In this document: positions 17,724-18,425 of the stretch, piece after piece
How the letters are laid out: each line of letters begins with the position of its first letter
Position numbering within the stretch: position 1 is the first letter of the stretch
Translations under genes and position numbers: made by a program
Assembly (NCBI GenBank): GCA_046583315.1
Contig: JAYGCN010000124.1
Coordinates: forward strand, 1 to 18,425
Direction: 5' to 3'
Source of the DNA: Candidatus Hydrogenedentota bacterium
GTDB taxonomy: Bacteria > Hydrogenedentota > Hydrogenedentia > Hydrogenedentales > GCA-2746185
DNA length: 18,425 nucleotides
Notes under the pieces: generated by a model
The model's input: the letters and a program-made list of their open reading frames with translations, nothing else
Databases searched by the model: none
What the model was told of the DNA's origin: nothing

Positions 17724-18425
17724 CTACTGTGCGTCCACTGATCGCATAAACTCCCAAATCGCATCGAACTGCTGACTGATGTCCCCGTCCAGAACACCGG
17801 CAATCGTGCTTGAACCATCATCATTCACAAACTGCGGCATTTGCGTTCCGGGTAAAATGCTCTGGGGATCAAGCGTGAATCGATGAAAAAAATCCTTGCG
17901 CAACCGTTTGGGAATTTCCCCAAAGTTGATCGTCTCGGTGTCCGCGCCGGCCAGCGGTAGGTCCTCCCCAATGCCGTGACACGAGTTGCATCGAAATTTG
18001 TCCTCGTCCAACGCCAGCTCACGCCCGATGGCAGACAGTTTCGAATTCACTTCAGATGTATCGGCTTTTTCGGGACCATACCCATGTTGTGCCGCCAATC
18101 CCGTCGCGATATTCTCAGCGCGCGACGCAAATTCAGGCATCCGCGCCGTGAGACCGGGACGTGTTTTCGAATCCAGCTCCCCAGACAGAAGATGTGCCAT
18201 CCATCCAGTGGTAAGTTTCTCCCCGGCGAAATCCAGATGCGGTCGTCCCGTATGAATGCTCACCCCTTCCTCATCGTCCGTCACCGTTTCAGGCGCGATG
18301 ACTGACCATCGGTCGCCCAGACCATCACGAGAATGACAGGCCAGGCAATTGAGTTCCGCCAATTGCCTTTCCGCATACTCGGCAATCGAGAATCGCGACA
18401 GAGAATCCAGATCATGCGTGATGAA
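17724..18425 (-). CDS. c-type cytochrome with at least two hemes, 3' part (gene begins beyond the window)
   Basis: CLACH and CNSCH heme motifs, each followed by a distal RMP/QMP Met ligand. The frame is open to the window edge (FITHDLDSLSRFSIAEYAERQLAELN...). Confidence 0.88.
   Translation of the reverse strand, partial: FITHDLDSLSRFSIAEYAERQLAELNCLACHSRDGLGDRWSVIAPETVTDDEEGVSIHTGRPHLDFAGEKLTTGWMAHLLSGELDSKTRPGLTARMPEFASRAENIATGLAAQHGYGPEKADTSEVNSKLSAIGRELALDEDKFRCNSCHGIGEDLPLAGADTETINFGEIPKRLRKDFFHRFTLDPQSILPGTQMPQFVNDDGSSTIAGVLDGDISQQFDAIWEFMRSVDAQ

Noticed and set aside
1..18425. CRISPR arrays, tRNA/rRNA, IS elements or integrases
   Set aside because: No regularly spaced repeats, RNA-gene signatures, transposase motifs or terminal inverted repeats were seen by eye.

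Overview
Bacterial chromosomal window of moderate GC; taxonomy cannot be fixed from sequence alone. The core is an intact PQQ biosynthesis operon, pqqA-B-C-D-E. pqqA is a 39-aa ORF at 3765..3884 that the ORF track missed. A MATE-family transporter starts 1 nt after the pqqE stop and is a candidate PQQ exporter; no pqqF/G protease is present. Divergent from pqq is a YtrA-type GntR regulator with an ABC ATPase that is cut off and joined to the C-terminal fragment of an unrelated protein (deletion or assembly junction near 2706-2718). Other genes: an AAA+ ATPase, a 2TM membrane protein behind a sigma54-type promoter, a DUF1080/VOC pair, an ECF sigma/anti-sigma/PDZ-protein triad, a PmtA-like methyltransferase, a secreted SHFRGG/Ig-like protein, a GT-C (ArnT/PMT-like) glycosyltransferase and the 3' end of a c-type cytochrome. 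Outside the pqq-MATE block several genes carry lesions: two internal TAG, one internal TGA and three single-base losses in homopolymers. These indicate gene decay or long-read consensus error. All family calls are by motif recognition; no database searches were run.
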